A stretch of 64,000 nucleotides of DNA from Octopus vulgaris. Its lineage: Eukaryota. The stretch is taken from positions 72,106,001-72,170,000 of the forward strand of contig OX597826.1 of NCBI GenBank assembly GCA_951406725.2. The letters are read 5' to 3'. The position numbers were made by a program, and so were the translations under genes. This document shows, piece by piece, positions 38,752 to 52,744 of the stretch. The notes under the pieces were generated by a model. It had not been told where the DNA came from and ran no database searches. It saw nothing but the letters and a program-made list of their open reading frames with translations. How positions within the stretch are numbered: the first letter of the stretch is position 1; each line of letters begins with the position of its first letter.

Positions 38752-39098
38752 TAGCATCATCATCATCACCACCACCATCATCACCATTGGCGTTGTTGTC
38801 ATCATCATCGTCGTCGTCGTCATCATCGTCATCATCATCATCATTATCATCATTATTATCATCATTATCATCATCATCATCATTATCATCATCATCATCA
38901 TCATCATTATCATCATCATCATCATTAGCATCATCATCATCATCATCATCATCACCACCACAATCATCACCATTGTCGTCGTTGTCATCATCATTGTCGT
39001 CATCATTATCATCATTAGCATCATCCTCATCATCATCACCACCATCATCACCATTGTCAGCGTTGTCATTGTCGTCATCATTGTTGTCATCATCGTTG

Positions 39099-39128
<30 letters not shown>
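38520..39128 (+). repeat. About 600-bp (CAT)n-type array, the expanded tail of the adjacent minus-strand RTE UTR (39125-39260)
   Basis: The array runs directly into TTTAACGTCTGTTTTCCATGCTGGCATGG. Confidence 0.85.
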
Positions 39129-39129
<1 letters not shown>

Positions 39130-39697
39130 TTAACGTCTGTTTTCCATGCTGGCATGGGTTGGACAGTTTGACCAGAGCTGGCAAGCCGAAGAGCCGTACC
39201 AGGTTCCAGTCTGATTCGGCTTGGTTTCCACAGCTGGATGCCCTTCCTAACACCGACCACTTTACAGCATGTGCTGAGTGCTTCTAACGGGGCACCAGCA
39301 CATGACACCAGTACTGGCACATGGCACATGGCACCAGCACGTGCCACCGATTCCTTTCTGAAAAGAATAATCTCACAATGCATAACAACGATAAGCCAAG
39401 TCAAACTTTACTATTCATTAGCTTGTTTCTGTTTACAATAATTAACAAATTAAATTAACTGGCAATAATTAAAGAATCAACACAAAAACAGTCCTGATAA
39501 AGTCATGTGAGGAAATGACCGAGAGAATGGTTTTTTGAAAGAGATCTCTTGAATAAATTGATAAATAGAATAAGTTAAACAATAGAAATAACAAGTGTTT
39601 ATTACTGAAATTGTGAATAATAGTCAGAAGTAATATGGCTGCCGAATTGATATCATTGTTATTTTTTACACAGAAGATATGTAAAGTCTATATGTAA

Positions 39698-39738
<41 letters not shown>

Positions 39739-40239
39739 ATATATACAAAGAACAATATACAGATTTAGACTAATATGTGTATATATATATATATATATTC
39801 ATGTATTATACTTATACATACTGATATGTTGCTTGTTCTCTCTCTATCTCTATCTCTCTCTCCCTCTCTCTCTCTCTATCTATCTCTATCTCTCCCTCTC
39901 TCTATATCTCTCTCTATCTCTCCCTCTCTATCTCTCTCTCTCTCTCTCGCACTCACTAACTCTCTGTCTTTTTGTCTGCCTGTCTATCTCTATGTGTGTG
40001 TCTATATATATATATCTGTGTGTGTGTGTGTGTATGTGTGTGTGTGTAAATGCATATATCACTACGCTCATTTCAGCCTAGTAGATATAACCATGCTGGA
40101 GCATTTCCCTATCTCTATTTCTCTAGCTCCCTCCTCTCTCTCTCTCTCCTCTCTCTCTCCCTCCTCACTCTCTCTCTCCCTCCTCACTCTCTCTCTCCCT
40201 CCTCACTCTCTCTCCCTCCTCACTCTCTCTCCCTCCTCA

Positions 40240-40278
<39 letters not shown>

Positions 40279-40899
40279 CACACATATATATATGAATCCC
40301 TCTTCCCATACACAATTTCACCCACCTCCCAGCATCAGTAGAGAGATCCATTTGGATGCTTGCTGTGTCAGTTGATGATAAAGAAAACAAAGGTTGAAGG
40401 GGGTGATAAATGGGTGTTGGGGTAGAAAGGAAGTCAAAGAGGTGGGGGTGGGGAGAAGGAGATTGAAGAAGAAGAAGAAGAAGAAGAAGAAGAAGAAGAA
40501 GAAGAAGAAGAAGAAGAAGAAGAAGAAGAAACGACTCTCCCCCACCCCCAGTTCACGCTTTGTGCTGGAAAGTGATATTATTGAATCTGGTCACAGAATA
40601 TTTTCACTGTTAGTTTCTCTGAGAAATAAATATTCATGATGTTACTGCTATTGTCTCACCCCCACCCTCCCCTCCTCTCCTCTATCGCACTCCGCATCCC
40701 ACCCACCCCCAACCCCCCACCTCATCCTCTGGTTATCTACATAATACATATTCCTCTCTTTCTTCCTACTCACTGTATATATTTTTACACAAACTTCTCT
40801 GTCCTATCTTTTCTTCGGTGTGTGTATCCATGTGTGAGTGTGCACGTGTGCATGCATGCATGCATGTATAAGCATGTATTGATATATATATATATATAA

Positions 40900-41120
40900 G
40901 GGCAGCTAGCTGGCAGAATCGTTAATATGCCAGGAGAAGTGCTTAGTGGTATTTCGTCTGCCGTTATGTTCCGAGTTCAAATTCCGCCATGGTCGACTTT
41001 GCCTTTCATCCTTTCAGGGTCGATTAAAGAAGTATGCAGTGGGGTCGATGTAATCAACTGAATCCTTTTGTCTGTCCTTGTTTGTCTCCTCTATCTTCAG
41101 CCCCCTGTGGGCAATAAAAA
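40900..41120 (+). mobile_element. Nin/Deu-domain SINE (family B), full monomer
   Basis: Head, B-box, Nin core and tail A all present. Confidence 0.85.
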
Positions 41121-41242
41121 AAAAATATATGTATGTATGTATGTTTGTATGTTCATTTGATGTATGGTTGTGTGTATGACTACATGGTGCATGCATGATG
41201 ATGAAAGTATATATATATACATATATATACACATATATATAC

Positions 41243-41329
<87 letters not shown>

Positions 41330-41344
41330 AAATACAAAATGGAA

Positions 41345-42125
41345 CAAGAACACAAAACATCCAGATAGACGATACAAAGAAAACAAAGTCGGGTCATTCA
41401 GAGTTTTCTTTCATCAGTCGAGTTCAAGATTATCTTTGCAATTTTGGCTGGTTATACTCAAGATTGCTCCAATGTGGCCAGCCCCAAGGAAAAACTAAGC
41501 TAAGAACATTAGATTCCTTGGAAGAAAGCAGCAAATGCATACGAAAACAAGGACGGAAAAACAATGGAGAATGTTACACAAATACAAATGACAGGACATA
41601 ACAACAGATGTCTTTTGACTAAGGACAAATTAATTAAGCTGGCCTGTGTGGAAATAAAGCCTTACGGCAGGGATACAAGTTTTTACAGGCACAGGGAGGG
41701 TTATAGATGTTGCATGGATGACAGCCGAACCAAGAAAGAAAGATCAGGCTTGGCCAAACTCTGGTCAGGTGGGAAGAGAAGAGAGAGAGATGTAGAAGAG
41801 AGAGAGATGTAGAGGCAGAGAGAGAGAAGAATTAAGGAGGGGCCAGAAAAAATGACAGGGACAAAGTGAAGTGAAAAGTGAAGGGAAAGTGAGCAAGAAG
41901 AGAAGGCAGGCAAATGTGAGAGAAGGGAAATGAAAGAACAAAGAGTGGAATGAATGGAATCTAATGCTCTTAGCTTAGTTTTTCCTTGGGGCTGGCCACA
42001 TTGGAGCAATCTCGAGTATAAACAGCCGAAATTGCAAAGATAATCTGGAACTTGACAGTGGAAAGAAAACTCCGAATGACCCGTCCTTGTTTTCTTTGTA
42101 TCGTCTATCTGGATGTTTTGCGTTC
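41345..42125. mobile_element. Element with about 170-bp inverted repeats (41345-41517 and 41956-42125), possibly Penelope-like
   Basis: Arms are about 90% identical reverse complements by eye; (TA)n flanks; partial CTGATGA and CCGAAA motifs. Confidence 0.65.
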
Positions 42126-42179
42126 TATATATATATATATATATAGCAGTGTAGGTACACTTTGGTCTCTTATATGTAA

Positions 42180-42219
<40 letters not shown>

Positions 42220-42263
42220 CAAGTTATAAATAATGGTCATAACATATTTTTCCTTTATTAGAG

Positions 42264-42302
<39 letters not shown>

Positions 42303-42411
42303 ATATAGTGACGTGACTCCAAACAAAGAAGAACAAAGATGAATAAACAATAATGTAAGGATGTGGTACAGGTAATGTATTATCAGACACTCAGCAAAAG
42401 AAAGAAAGAGG

Positions 42412-42446
42412 ATTTAACATTTTGAGCAAAGCTCTTGTCCAGAAAT
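42412..42446 (-). ncRNA. Highly degenerate minimal hammerhead motif
   Basis: Reverse complement attt CTGGACA a GAGC-ttt-GCTC AAAAT GTT aaat. Confidence 0.35.
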
Positions 42447-42728
42447 AGAGGAAAGTCCAAAAGAAAGAAAGACAGAGGAAGAAAATCGCCAATGTGTTTA
42501 TCTGCAAACCCTCCATGTCCCCCCATAGCCACCATACACCCCACCCACTACCATCCACTCCAATTTCTCTCCCCATCACTTGCTACAGTCACTTCTTCCC
42601 CATCCCTAAACATCTCACACTCTTATGGAACATCCATCTCTACCCCCTCTATACCACTTACATTCCCCCACCTCCACTGCTACCAAAGGGTTAGCTGTCC
42701 CTCACTCTGATGCATCTCCGACACCATC

Positions 42729-42777
<49 letters not shown>

Positions 42778-42872
42778 CTTGCTCCATATTTCTTTTCAAC
42801 TTTATCTCTTCTTCTTCCTCTCCTCTCTTTATCACTGAAGTAGCCGAGTGTCTCCTCAACAATAACACATCC

Positions 42873-43060
42873 AGTTCTATATTTAAGGGATGAAGAATTA
42901 TGTATACTATTTACATTATTTATATTTGACGGATATTTGTCCTCATCTTGTTTGTTGTTAACATAACGTTATGGCTGATATACTCTCCAGCCTTTATCAG
43001 ATGCCTTAGGGAAATTTCAAACCTGGGTTCTCATTCCTAAGGTATTTTTTGATGTTGTTG

Positions 43061-43130
<70 letters not shown>

Positions 43131-43210
43131 CATTCAGGTCACTGCCTGGAATCAAATTCGGAACCTTGGGGTTAGTAGTCCACACTCTTAACCACAATGC
43201 CATATGTCAT
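42873..43210 (-). mobile_element. tRNA-headed SINE-like element with an (AAT)n spacer and a hammerhead-bearing tail
   Basis: Head TGGCATTGTGGTTAAGAG...GAATTTGATTCC; motif ggcat CTGATAA a GGCTG-loop-CAGCC ATAAC GTT atgtt at 43005-42960. Confidence 0.65.
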
Positions 43211-43770
43211 ATGCCAGCCATTCACCTGGCACAAAGCCACTTCCAAAGGTTTCACATCCTCTCCTAGCTAAGAGGTCTTCATCTAACAAATCAGTTGGTG
43301 CTACAGAAAAAGCACGGGTTCTGGCACCATGTAAAGGGCACTCAGTACACTCTGTAAAGTGGTCGGCATCAGGAAGGGCATTCACCTGTAGAAACTACGG
43401 TGCCAAAGCTGACGTTAGAACTTGGTGTAGTGCCATGGCTTACAGGATTCTGTCAAACCATCCAATCTGTTATCAACATGGAAAATGAACATTAAATGAT
43501 GATGATGATGACGATGATGATGAGGAGGAGGAGGATGCCAACGACAATGATGACAATGATGATGATTTTGACAACTATGATGATGATGATGATTATGGTG
43601 ATGATGTTTTGTGGAGGGGTAGATATCAACAAATATACACACTGTCCCTCCCTTTATCACTAACGCCTGACACAAAGCCCTTCCATTATTCTCTGTCCCA
43701 TCCATTCTATACAAATATACACAATTTCTGTTAAACTGCATGGTCCAGTGGTTAGGGATGTTCAGCTCAT

Positions 43771-44160
43771 ACTCTTTTACTCTTTTACTTGTTTCAGTCA
43801 TTTGACTGTGGCCATGCTGGAGCACCGCCTTTAGTCGAGCAAATCGACCCCACAACTTATTCTTTCTAAGCCTAGTACTTATTCTATTGGTCTATTTTGC
43901 CGAACCACATCGGTTGTCAAGCAATGTTGAGGGGACAAACACAGACACACAAACAAATGTACACACATACATATATATATATATATATACATATATACGA
44001 CGCGCTTCTTTCAGTTTCCGTCTACCAAATCCACTTGCAAGGCTTTGGTCGGTCTGAGGCTATAGCAGAAGACACTTGCCCAAGATGCCATGCAGTGGGA
44101 CTGAACCCAGAACCATGTGGTTGGTGAGTAAGCTACTTACCACACAACCACTCCTGCACC
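43771..44160 (-). mobile_element. CORE-like SINE (family A) inserted in another tRNA-SINE head
   Basis: Family consensus; the flanks 43740-43770 and 44161-44250 rejoin to give A/B boxes. Confidence 0.8.
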
Positions 44161-45622
44161 GTGATCATAAAATTGCAGGTTCAACTCCTGAAACCAAGCA
44201 GCACATTGTGGCCTTGAGCAAGGAACTCGACTTTCACATTGCTCCAATCTGTCTATTCAGCTACATGTGAGTGCCAGCTGAATGCTGGTGTAGTTCCCTC
44301 TCCCCCCAGCTGTCACCGCTTAGATATACCACAGGGTAAAGATTGAGGGTATCCAGTTTGCTTGTGACTATTTAAACACTGAAAACAATCAGCAATGGCA
44401 TGGTGTGTCAGCAAGCGATATTCGCTTCGAAGTAACAGCTGGCTGTACATAATTGCCTCCTCCTCCTCCTCCTTTTCTCTCTCTCTCTCTTTCTCTCTCT
44501 ACTGTTTTCTCTTTCGTTCAATGCTGGAAGAAAGACTGCATAATGTGCCCAAAGAGCATTATGTTCTACATGTGTCGCATGTGTCACGGTTAAGTGGCGA
44601 GTCATAAGGGCGGCAACTAAAGTTTAGACGGAAGGATGAGGTGAGGGGAGAGGCCAGACTCGAAGGGAGACAACTGGACTACCTCACAGCAAACTGTGAA
44701 ACCGGTGGTGTGTGGGGACACACACATACATGCCTACATATGTACACACACACACACACACACAAACCCACACATACATACACATTTACATACATACAGG
44801 CAGACAGACAAACAGACAGATATAGAAAGAGAGAGAGAGATGAAAAGAGATACAGAGAGAGAAAGAAAGAGAGAGAAAAAAGAATGGGCATTATATCAAC
44901 TTGAGGGGATTAGTTAAGAAAAGACATACAGGTAAAGAAGAGAACAGATTGAGAGAGGTAATAACCCCTAAAGGGGCTGATTTTAGGATGAAGGTTTTAT
45001 AATCAGAAATTTCATGGTAAGTGAGAAGGATCTCATATCAGTCTGGACAACAGGTTATTTCACTATTCAATCCATGGAATCACAGATCCATTTTATTGTA
45101 GTATAAGAGTTTCAATATTCTACAGATGCTTGTATCTTTAACGTAACTCTTACATAGAAAAACCCTGATAATATGTGTAGTTCATGACAGGCTTTTTGAA
45201 TTTAAGGTCCAGTCCATGTGAAGGGCTTCTATCAATGATGCAATGCAGTAGGCTTGAATCTGGGACCTAATATTTGTGAAGTGCCATGGTGATATATCTT
45301 TCTTTAAGGTGGGGATTTGGTAGAACCAATGGGACAAAATGCTTTGCAGCGATTCATCCGTCTTTATCTTCTGAGTTCAGCTTTGCCTTTCATCCTTTTG
45401 GAGTTGATAAAATAGGGATTGTAACAGGATGAAAGGTCTGTAACACTTGAGGGGTGCAGGTTTCATCCCTTATATTACATTATTTGTTGAAGGAAAAGCC
45501 AAGACTTCGAATATCTTCAACAACAAATATTTTTATTTTTCTGGATTCGCAATAATATATATATGTATATTTCCTTCAGGGCAAATCTCTCTTCTTCCGC
45601 TTCACTCTTTCTCTCCTCCCCC

Positions 45623-45690
<68 letters not shown>

Positions 45691-46816
45691 CAAGCTAAAC
45701 GCAATGTGAGCTGAATTCGGCACAGCAAGCTGACAAAAGCTCTGTTAATTTCTCAGTATTTCCATTACTTCTTGAACATTTGAGAGCTAGAACATCTCAC
45801 TGATGGATGCTGTGTAACAAGATATGAACTCCTAACCCTTAAATCGGCAATTAGACTTCCTACGCACAGCCAGCCACCGCTAACATCAACAGCAATTGAT
45901 TTACTGAGAGGTTAAGGAATATAACTCTTTTTCCTCTTAGCAGAGTTACTTCCCTTGATAATTTTGTTTTATATGCGAAATAGGTTAATATTGTTTAGCC
46001 TGAGGTTAGCTTTGGTTGAATACACCTATGACCAAGGACGTTCTAATCGTGACTATCACATTCTCTTTTTTTTTTAAATGATGGGGTGCAATCTGAGAGA
46101 AATTTGGTTGCTATTTCTAGCATCATAGAAGCATTTATAACTTTTCTCGAGGACTAGCAGTTTAAGGAAAGCTAAATGGCTTTCGGGCAAGAATTGGCAT
46201 GGACTCAAACTCGACTCGTTCGCCTGTCCTTACCAGTAGCTGAGCGTTCCTCTAAATTGTTACTCGACCTGAGAGAAATAGCAGCCAAATTTCCCTCAGG
46301 TTGTCCCCAATTTATTAAAAAGCAGATGCATTAGACAACGTAGTCCCAGCTAATTCCCCACCAAAACGATGAGACAGTCATGGTCAGATTGCTTTTGATC
46401 ACAGGCTCGCTCCATAAGGAGTGGCCTGTTTCTAAACATCAACAGCAGGATGAGATGCTGTGCAGTATTTAATTTTGTTTCTCTACATTCTCAGGTCAAA
46501 ACACGAACAGGGGACTTCACAGATAATAATTCTATACCAGTCATGCACAGAGGCCAATTAACTTCACACAACCCCTTATCATCATCATTATCATTATCGT
46601 TTAATGTCCACTTTCCATGCTGTCATAGGTTGGACGGTTTAACTGAGGACTAGCAAGCTCAGAAAAGGGGACATGAAAATGATGGTGATTTTGATAATTT
46701 CCCACGATTATGATGACGTGATTTTCTCTATCCATATTGTTATATATATACCGGAGTAAGCACATAAATGTGAAACAAGGTGGAAAAAAGAGTACTCAAA
46801 TACCAGAGGTAGAGTA

Positions 46817-47016
46817 ATATGCTTTATTTAAAAGCAGCAGAAATATAATGAAAGCTGTTACTCAGAGTTTCACCTTCCCCTTTCATCGGACGGTTTTGTT
46901 AAAATAGAACTGTTAAAATAGCTGTTCTATTTTAACAAAACTGTCTGACAAACAGGAATGTGAAACTCTGAGTAACAACTTTTCTTATATTTCTGCTGTT
47001 TTCAAATAAAGTATAT
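46817..47016. mobile_element. About 200-bp palindrome carrying a hammerhead motif in each arm
   Basis: Arms at 46817-46910 and 46924-47016; motifs at 46941-46978 (plus) and 46855-46892 (minus). Confidence 0.75.
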
Positions 47017-47027
47017 ATATATATATA

Positions 47028-47410
47028 CTAGCAGTATCGCCCGGCGTTGCTCGGGTTTGTAAGGGAAATAACTATAAAGCATTTTTAGAAAGTTATAGCC
47101 AAAAAATAGCAAACAAATGGGAAAAAAATTATGGTAAATTTTTTGAGAGTTAAAAAGGTGGAGTTGCGTCCCCTAGACAGTCTGTGGTTTGTGTTTCTGA
47201 TTCTCGACCCCATGTCGAATTTAACGATTTTTTTCAGAACTGGGGGAACTTTTCAAAAATTTTCGCTGCGTTAGTTTTGAATTATGACATTGGGCTATGT
47301 GTGTGTCAAGTTTCATCAGAATCGGTTGAAAGCCGTGGTCAGGGTGAGGGTACAACCTGATAGACACACAGACACACACACAGACAAACTGCCGTTTATA
47401 TAGAGAGAGA
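47028..47410 (-). mobile_element. Non-autonomous Helitron
   Basis: 5' A|TC; 3' hairpin CCCGAGCAACGCCGGG then CTAG|T; same 3' end as the 18910 copy. Confidence 0.85.
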
Positions 47411-48829
47411 TATACACACACACACACACTCGCACTATTTCACAAGTTGATTTGATGCTCTATTACAAGGGTCATCAAGTGCAACATGTGTTCTTTACTC
47501 CCTCACATTTACTAACCTAGAACAGGCACAAGATCACATATTTTGGCAATGGGGACCCAAATTAATTAAATCATCCACCACCACCCACACCCAATATTTC
47601 ACTGAAGTTTTATTATACCAATCAGTAAAACTGACCTCAGTTAGATTTGAACTCACAACATTATCCAATGCTAAAAGTTATATTGCTTATCACCAAAATG
47701 CTACAAATTCTACAACTTCGACTACCCTTAAGGTATTTCTGTCCATCCATTTCTCCATTGATTGCAATGTCTCAACACTACTGATTTCTATCAATCTACC
47801 TCCCTCAGGGTATTTCTATTCACCCTTCTACGTTGCCTGCCACCCCACCACCCGAATACCAACAACATATTGATAAGAGATTTTTACATAATGACTTCTT
47901 GCAAATAACAACAACAAAAACAAAAATAACTTGCAACAAGATATTCTAAACGAATGGTGGTCGCTTTTAATTAGTTTCATAAAATCTCAATTAAAATTAT
48001 TCTAACCTCATTATCTATTCTAACCTCATTAACTGATCGATGCGTTTAGTAAGAGACTTACAGAGAAATTTCCTCAAAAGCTAAATTAACATTGGTATTC
48101 CTGTTTCTTCCTTGTTTTTTTTTGTTTTTTTGTTTTTTTTCCATCTTTGTTGTTCAAATCTTCATTCTACTGGAAAGCCACTTGGTTTAGGTTCAATCTT
48201 CTCAAGAAACACCACAAACTGACAGCTGCAATTCAGGCAACAGTCGTTTTGCTTTTTGTTTGGGTTTTTTTTTTTGGTTTTTATTTTTCCATATACAGTA
48301 TAAAAAAATCAATATCGTGAGAAACATATTTAAAACCTATTATTGTTGTTGTTGTTGTTGTTCATTTTGTTAGATTTTATTTTTATTTTTCTTGCTCTTC
48401 TCACAGCACAACTTGAGCACAGCTGTGTATATTGAACATGTACAGTGTTTTTGTTGTTACCTTTTGGTTGTATTCAAAGCACTTTACGTAATCTGTGTGC
48501 AATTCCAAGCAGTGTTTTGTTCTGTATAATTATGTATGCGCATATCTCCCACAATTTTAGTTATATAATGTATGTGATGTACCTGTATAATATTATTTTC
48601 TGCACATTATGTATATATGTGTAGTGACTCCTTTCCATGAACTACGTATGGAATTGTGAAGCACCCATCCAGTGCCAACTCATTTGTTTGTATGTATGTA
48701 TGTATGTATGCATGTATATATGTGTATGTGTATCTTCTATTTTTTTAATTATTATAAATCTTCCACTGAGGAGGGAGCCAGTTTCCAACAAAGATACAAG
48801 GTTCCATCTTTGGGGTGTAGTTAACACAG

Positions 48830-48990
48830 ACAAATTCGCATTTGGAACTTGAGAAACGTCTTGCATATTTTTACTGTTCCACTCACAGATTGCACTTGTA
48901 ATGTACAAATTAGCCAGTCGATTTCTCTTTCTGAAAATCCCAGTGCTCCAATTATTATTGGTATGAATATGAATTCATAGTATGTATGTA
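48830..48990 (-). mobile_element. RLE-type non-LTR retrotransposon C-terminal remnant
   Basis: YEFIFIPIIIGALG...LQVQSVSGTVKICKTFLKF motif. Confidence 0.6.
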
Positions 48991-49063
48991 TGTATAGCAA
49001 GCAGCTATGCTTCACAGCAGTGAAACATGGGCTGTGACAAGTGAGGACATGTGTAGGCTTGAA

Positions 49064-49710
49064 GATTTGGTAGACGGAAACTAAAAGAAGCCCGTCGTAT
49101 ATATGTATATGTATATATATGTGTGTGTGTGTCTATATTTGTCCACCCAACATCGCTTGACAACCAATGTGGGTGTGTTTACGTCCCCGTAACTTAGCAG
49201 TTCGGCAAAACAGACCAATAAAATAAGTACTAGGCTTACAAAGAATAAGTCCTGGGGTCGATTTGCTCGACTAAAGGCGGTGCTCCAGCATGGCCACAGT
49301 CAAATGATTGAAAAAGTAAAAAGAGTGTGACCCATTTATTGCACGTAAATTTTAACAACAAAATCTTATGTGGAGCCCTAAGGATCTACGTGATCCTTAG
49401 ATTGAGAACCTCCAGAATACAGTATTTAGGATTTATCAATAAGTACCTGCCAATGATATCGTCCAAGTGTTGTTTATGTGTATAAATCCTGGGATATTCT
49501 ACTTATGTGCAATACTTGTGTAGTATCATTTGTTATCCTTTTATATATCGCAGGTGTAACTGTCTGGTTAAAAGGTGTGCTTCCCAACCACATGGTTCTA
49601 GGTTCAATCTTACAGCATGGCACCTTGGGCAAGTGTCTTCCACTATAACTCTAGGCTGACCAAAGCCTTGTGAGTGGATTTGAGAGATGGAAACTGAACG
49701 AACCCTGTCA
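49064..49710 (+). mobile_element. Two family A SINE fragments (49064-49325 and 49547-49710)
   Basis: Matches to the family consensus. Confidence 0.8.
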
Positions 49711-49799
49711 TATGTGTGTGTGTATGTGTGTGAGAGAGAATGTGTGGGTGGGTGTGTGTCTGTGTGAGTGAGTGAGTGAGTGAGTGAGTGTGTGTGTGT

Positions 49800-49830
<31 letters not shown>

Positions 49831-50154
49831 CAGTTATTTTGCATTACTAGTTTCAATCTGTATTAGTGTGCTGTGTAGTGCAGGTAGGAGGAGGATAAAA
49901 AGAGAGAAAATGAGAACTTGAGAGAGAGAAAGAGAGTGTGTGTGTATGTGTGTGGGTGAGAGAGAGAGAGAGAAAGATATCCTAGCTGCATCTTTGTTTA
50001 TTTTCTCCCTCTTTTTCTCTTCATTACAATCTCAGCATCATCATCATCGTCATCATTACAACTATCATCAGAATTATCCTCCCTCCCTCCAACGCCACCA
50101 AATCTATTAATATCATCATCATCATCATTACAATCACCACCACCACCACCACCC

Positions 50155-50187
<33 letters not shown>

Positions 50188-50574
50188 CCACAACAACACA
50201 AAACAAAATCAAAGATCCAAAAATCCACCAAACTGTCACAGATATCAGATATAAACATTATTGATTTATAAATTATTGATGTTGTTGTTACTGCTGCTGT
50301 TGTTGTTGTTATATTGTCTTAGAGGAGGAAAAAAAAAAGTAACATTTCTTGCTTCCAAAAAAAAAAAGTCTAAAGAAATAAGATGAGAGTTGTTGATTCT
50401 CAATGTTCTGATGTTGCTGTTGTTGTTGTTGCTGTTGGATTCTAATTTTCCTCCCCCAGGGAAGATCTGAGAATGCAAGGTTGGCTTACATACAGCTAAT
50501 TATCTCAATTAGTGAAATAAATATAAATAAATGAATATATTATAATAATAAATAGATAAATGTAATTAATCGAT

Positions 50575-50960
50575 AAAGAAGAAGAAGAAGAAGAAGAAGA
50601 AGAAGAAGAAGAAGGGAGGAGGAGAAGAAGAAGAGGGGGGGGAGGAGGAAGAAGAAGAAGGAAAAGAAGAGGAGGAAGAAGAAGAAGAAGAAGAAGAAGA
50701 AGAAGAAGGGAGAAGGAAAAGAAGAAGAAGAAGGGAGAAGGAAAAGAAGAAGAAGGAGAAGGGAGAAGGAAAAGAAGAAGGAGAAGGGAGGAGAAGAAGA
50801 AGAAGAAGAAGGGAGGAGAAGAAGAAGAAGAAGAAGAAGAAGAAGAAGGGAGGAAGAGGAGGAGAAGAAGAAGAAGAAGGGAGGAGGAAAAAGAAGAAGA
50901 AGAAGGGAGAGGGAGTGGAGAGGAGGGGGTGGAGGGAAATTGGAGAGGAGGGGAGGAGGA
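50575..50960 (+). repeat. (GAA/GGA)n polypurine tract
   Basis: About 340 nt of uninterrupted purines, then near-pure purine. Confidence 0.9.
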
Positions 50961-51580
50961 GGCTAACAATGACGACGATGAGGATTGATTTAGGCATAAG
51001 GCCATAATTTGAGAGGTGGGGTTTAAGTTGATTACATTGACCCTAGTATTTGAATGGTACTTCATTTTATTGGTCCCAAAGGATGAAAAGAAACCTTTCA
51101 ATCACAAAATGCACAGTTGTAGGGCATTGCTCATGAACTCATAAGAGATGAACTGCACACTAGGGCCTTCACTGCAACCCTAGTTATCGAGCTGGTGCAC
51201 AGAGAAGGGACTCCTGGTTAGGCAGTTTCCATCTACCAAATCCACTCACAAGGCTATAGTAGAAGACACTTTTCCTTCAAGGTGCCATGCAGTGGGACTG
51301 AACCCGGAGCCATGTTGTGTGCATTTGTGTGTGTGTGTATTTTTTGTCCCCCCCTCCACCATCACTTGACAACCGATGTTGGTGTTTACATCCCCGTAAC
51401 TTAACAGTTCGGCAAAAGAGACTGATAGAATAAGTACTAGGCTTATAAAGAATAAGTCCTGGGGTCAAATTGTCCAACTAAAGGTGGTGCTCCAGCATGG
51501 CCACAGTCAAATGACTGACAAGAGCAAGTAAAAGAGTAAGCATTTTTTGTCCAGCATGCTAACAATTCTGCCAGGTCATT

Positions 51581-51908
51581 ATTACCTCCACCTTAGCAAA
51601 GGCAGAGGTATTGTTTTTAGTTGTGTTTGTTTGCCTGTGCACAAGATATCTTAAGAACTGCTGGATGGATTTGGATGAAACTTTCAGGAATGTTTGGCCT
51701 CATGACTGGCACGAACTAATTACAATTTGGGATTGATCCAATACTGGACAAGAATTCTGGATTATTTTTCCATTTTTATTTTACTTACTTTTTGAGAGTG
51801 GTCGAGTTTATTTCAGATATTCTCATTTTAAAAATCATCTCTGGTTAATTGTTGAGAGGACATTGGTGTTGCCTTGGCAAAGGTTTGATCTCTCTGAGTG
51901 CTCTTGTT
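51581..51908 (+). mobile_element. Helentron-associated non-autonomous element (HINE/DINE-1-like)
   Basis: 5' TTACCTCCACC...GGCAGAGGTA inverted repeat, (GTTT)n, 3' subTIR CCTTGGCAAAGGT and a short terminal palindrome, in a TT context. Confidence 0.7.
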
Positions 51909-51934
51909 GGTATTACTATTATAATACAATGAAT

Positions 51935-52524
<590 letters not shown>

Positions 52525-52744
52525 GCATGTTGTTGTTGTTCATTGTTTAACGTCCACCTTCCATGCTGGGATATGTGGGATGGTTTGTCAGGAGCTGGCC
52601 TGGCAGAAGCCTACGTTTGACTTCTGTGTCTGTTTTGGAAGGGTTTTTACAGATGGTTGCCCTTCCTAACACCAACCACTCCACAGTGGACTTAGGGCTT
52701 TTAACATGGCACAAGCACAGGTGAGGTCAGTTTTGGCAAGATTT

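Noticed and set aside
38447-39287. Poly-Asp/Ser/Met/Ile ORFs
   Set aside because: These are translations of the (CAT)n expansion of an RTE tail.
48888-48910. miR-92-like ATTGCACTTGT
   Set aside because: There is no complementary 5' arm, the 3' half does not match, and it lies in a retrotransposon remnant.
50460-50479. 20-nt plus-strand microexon candidate
   Set aside because: Weak donor (GTTGGC) and no partner exons.
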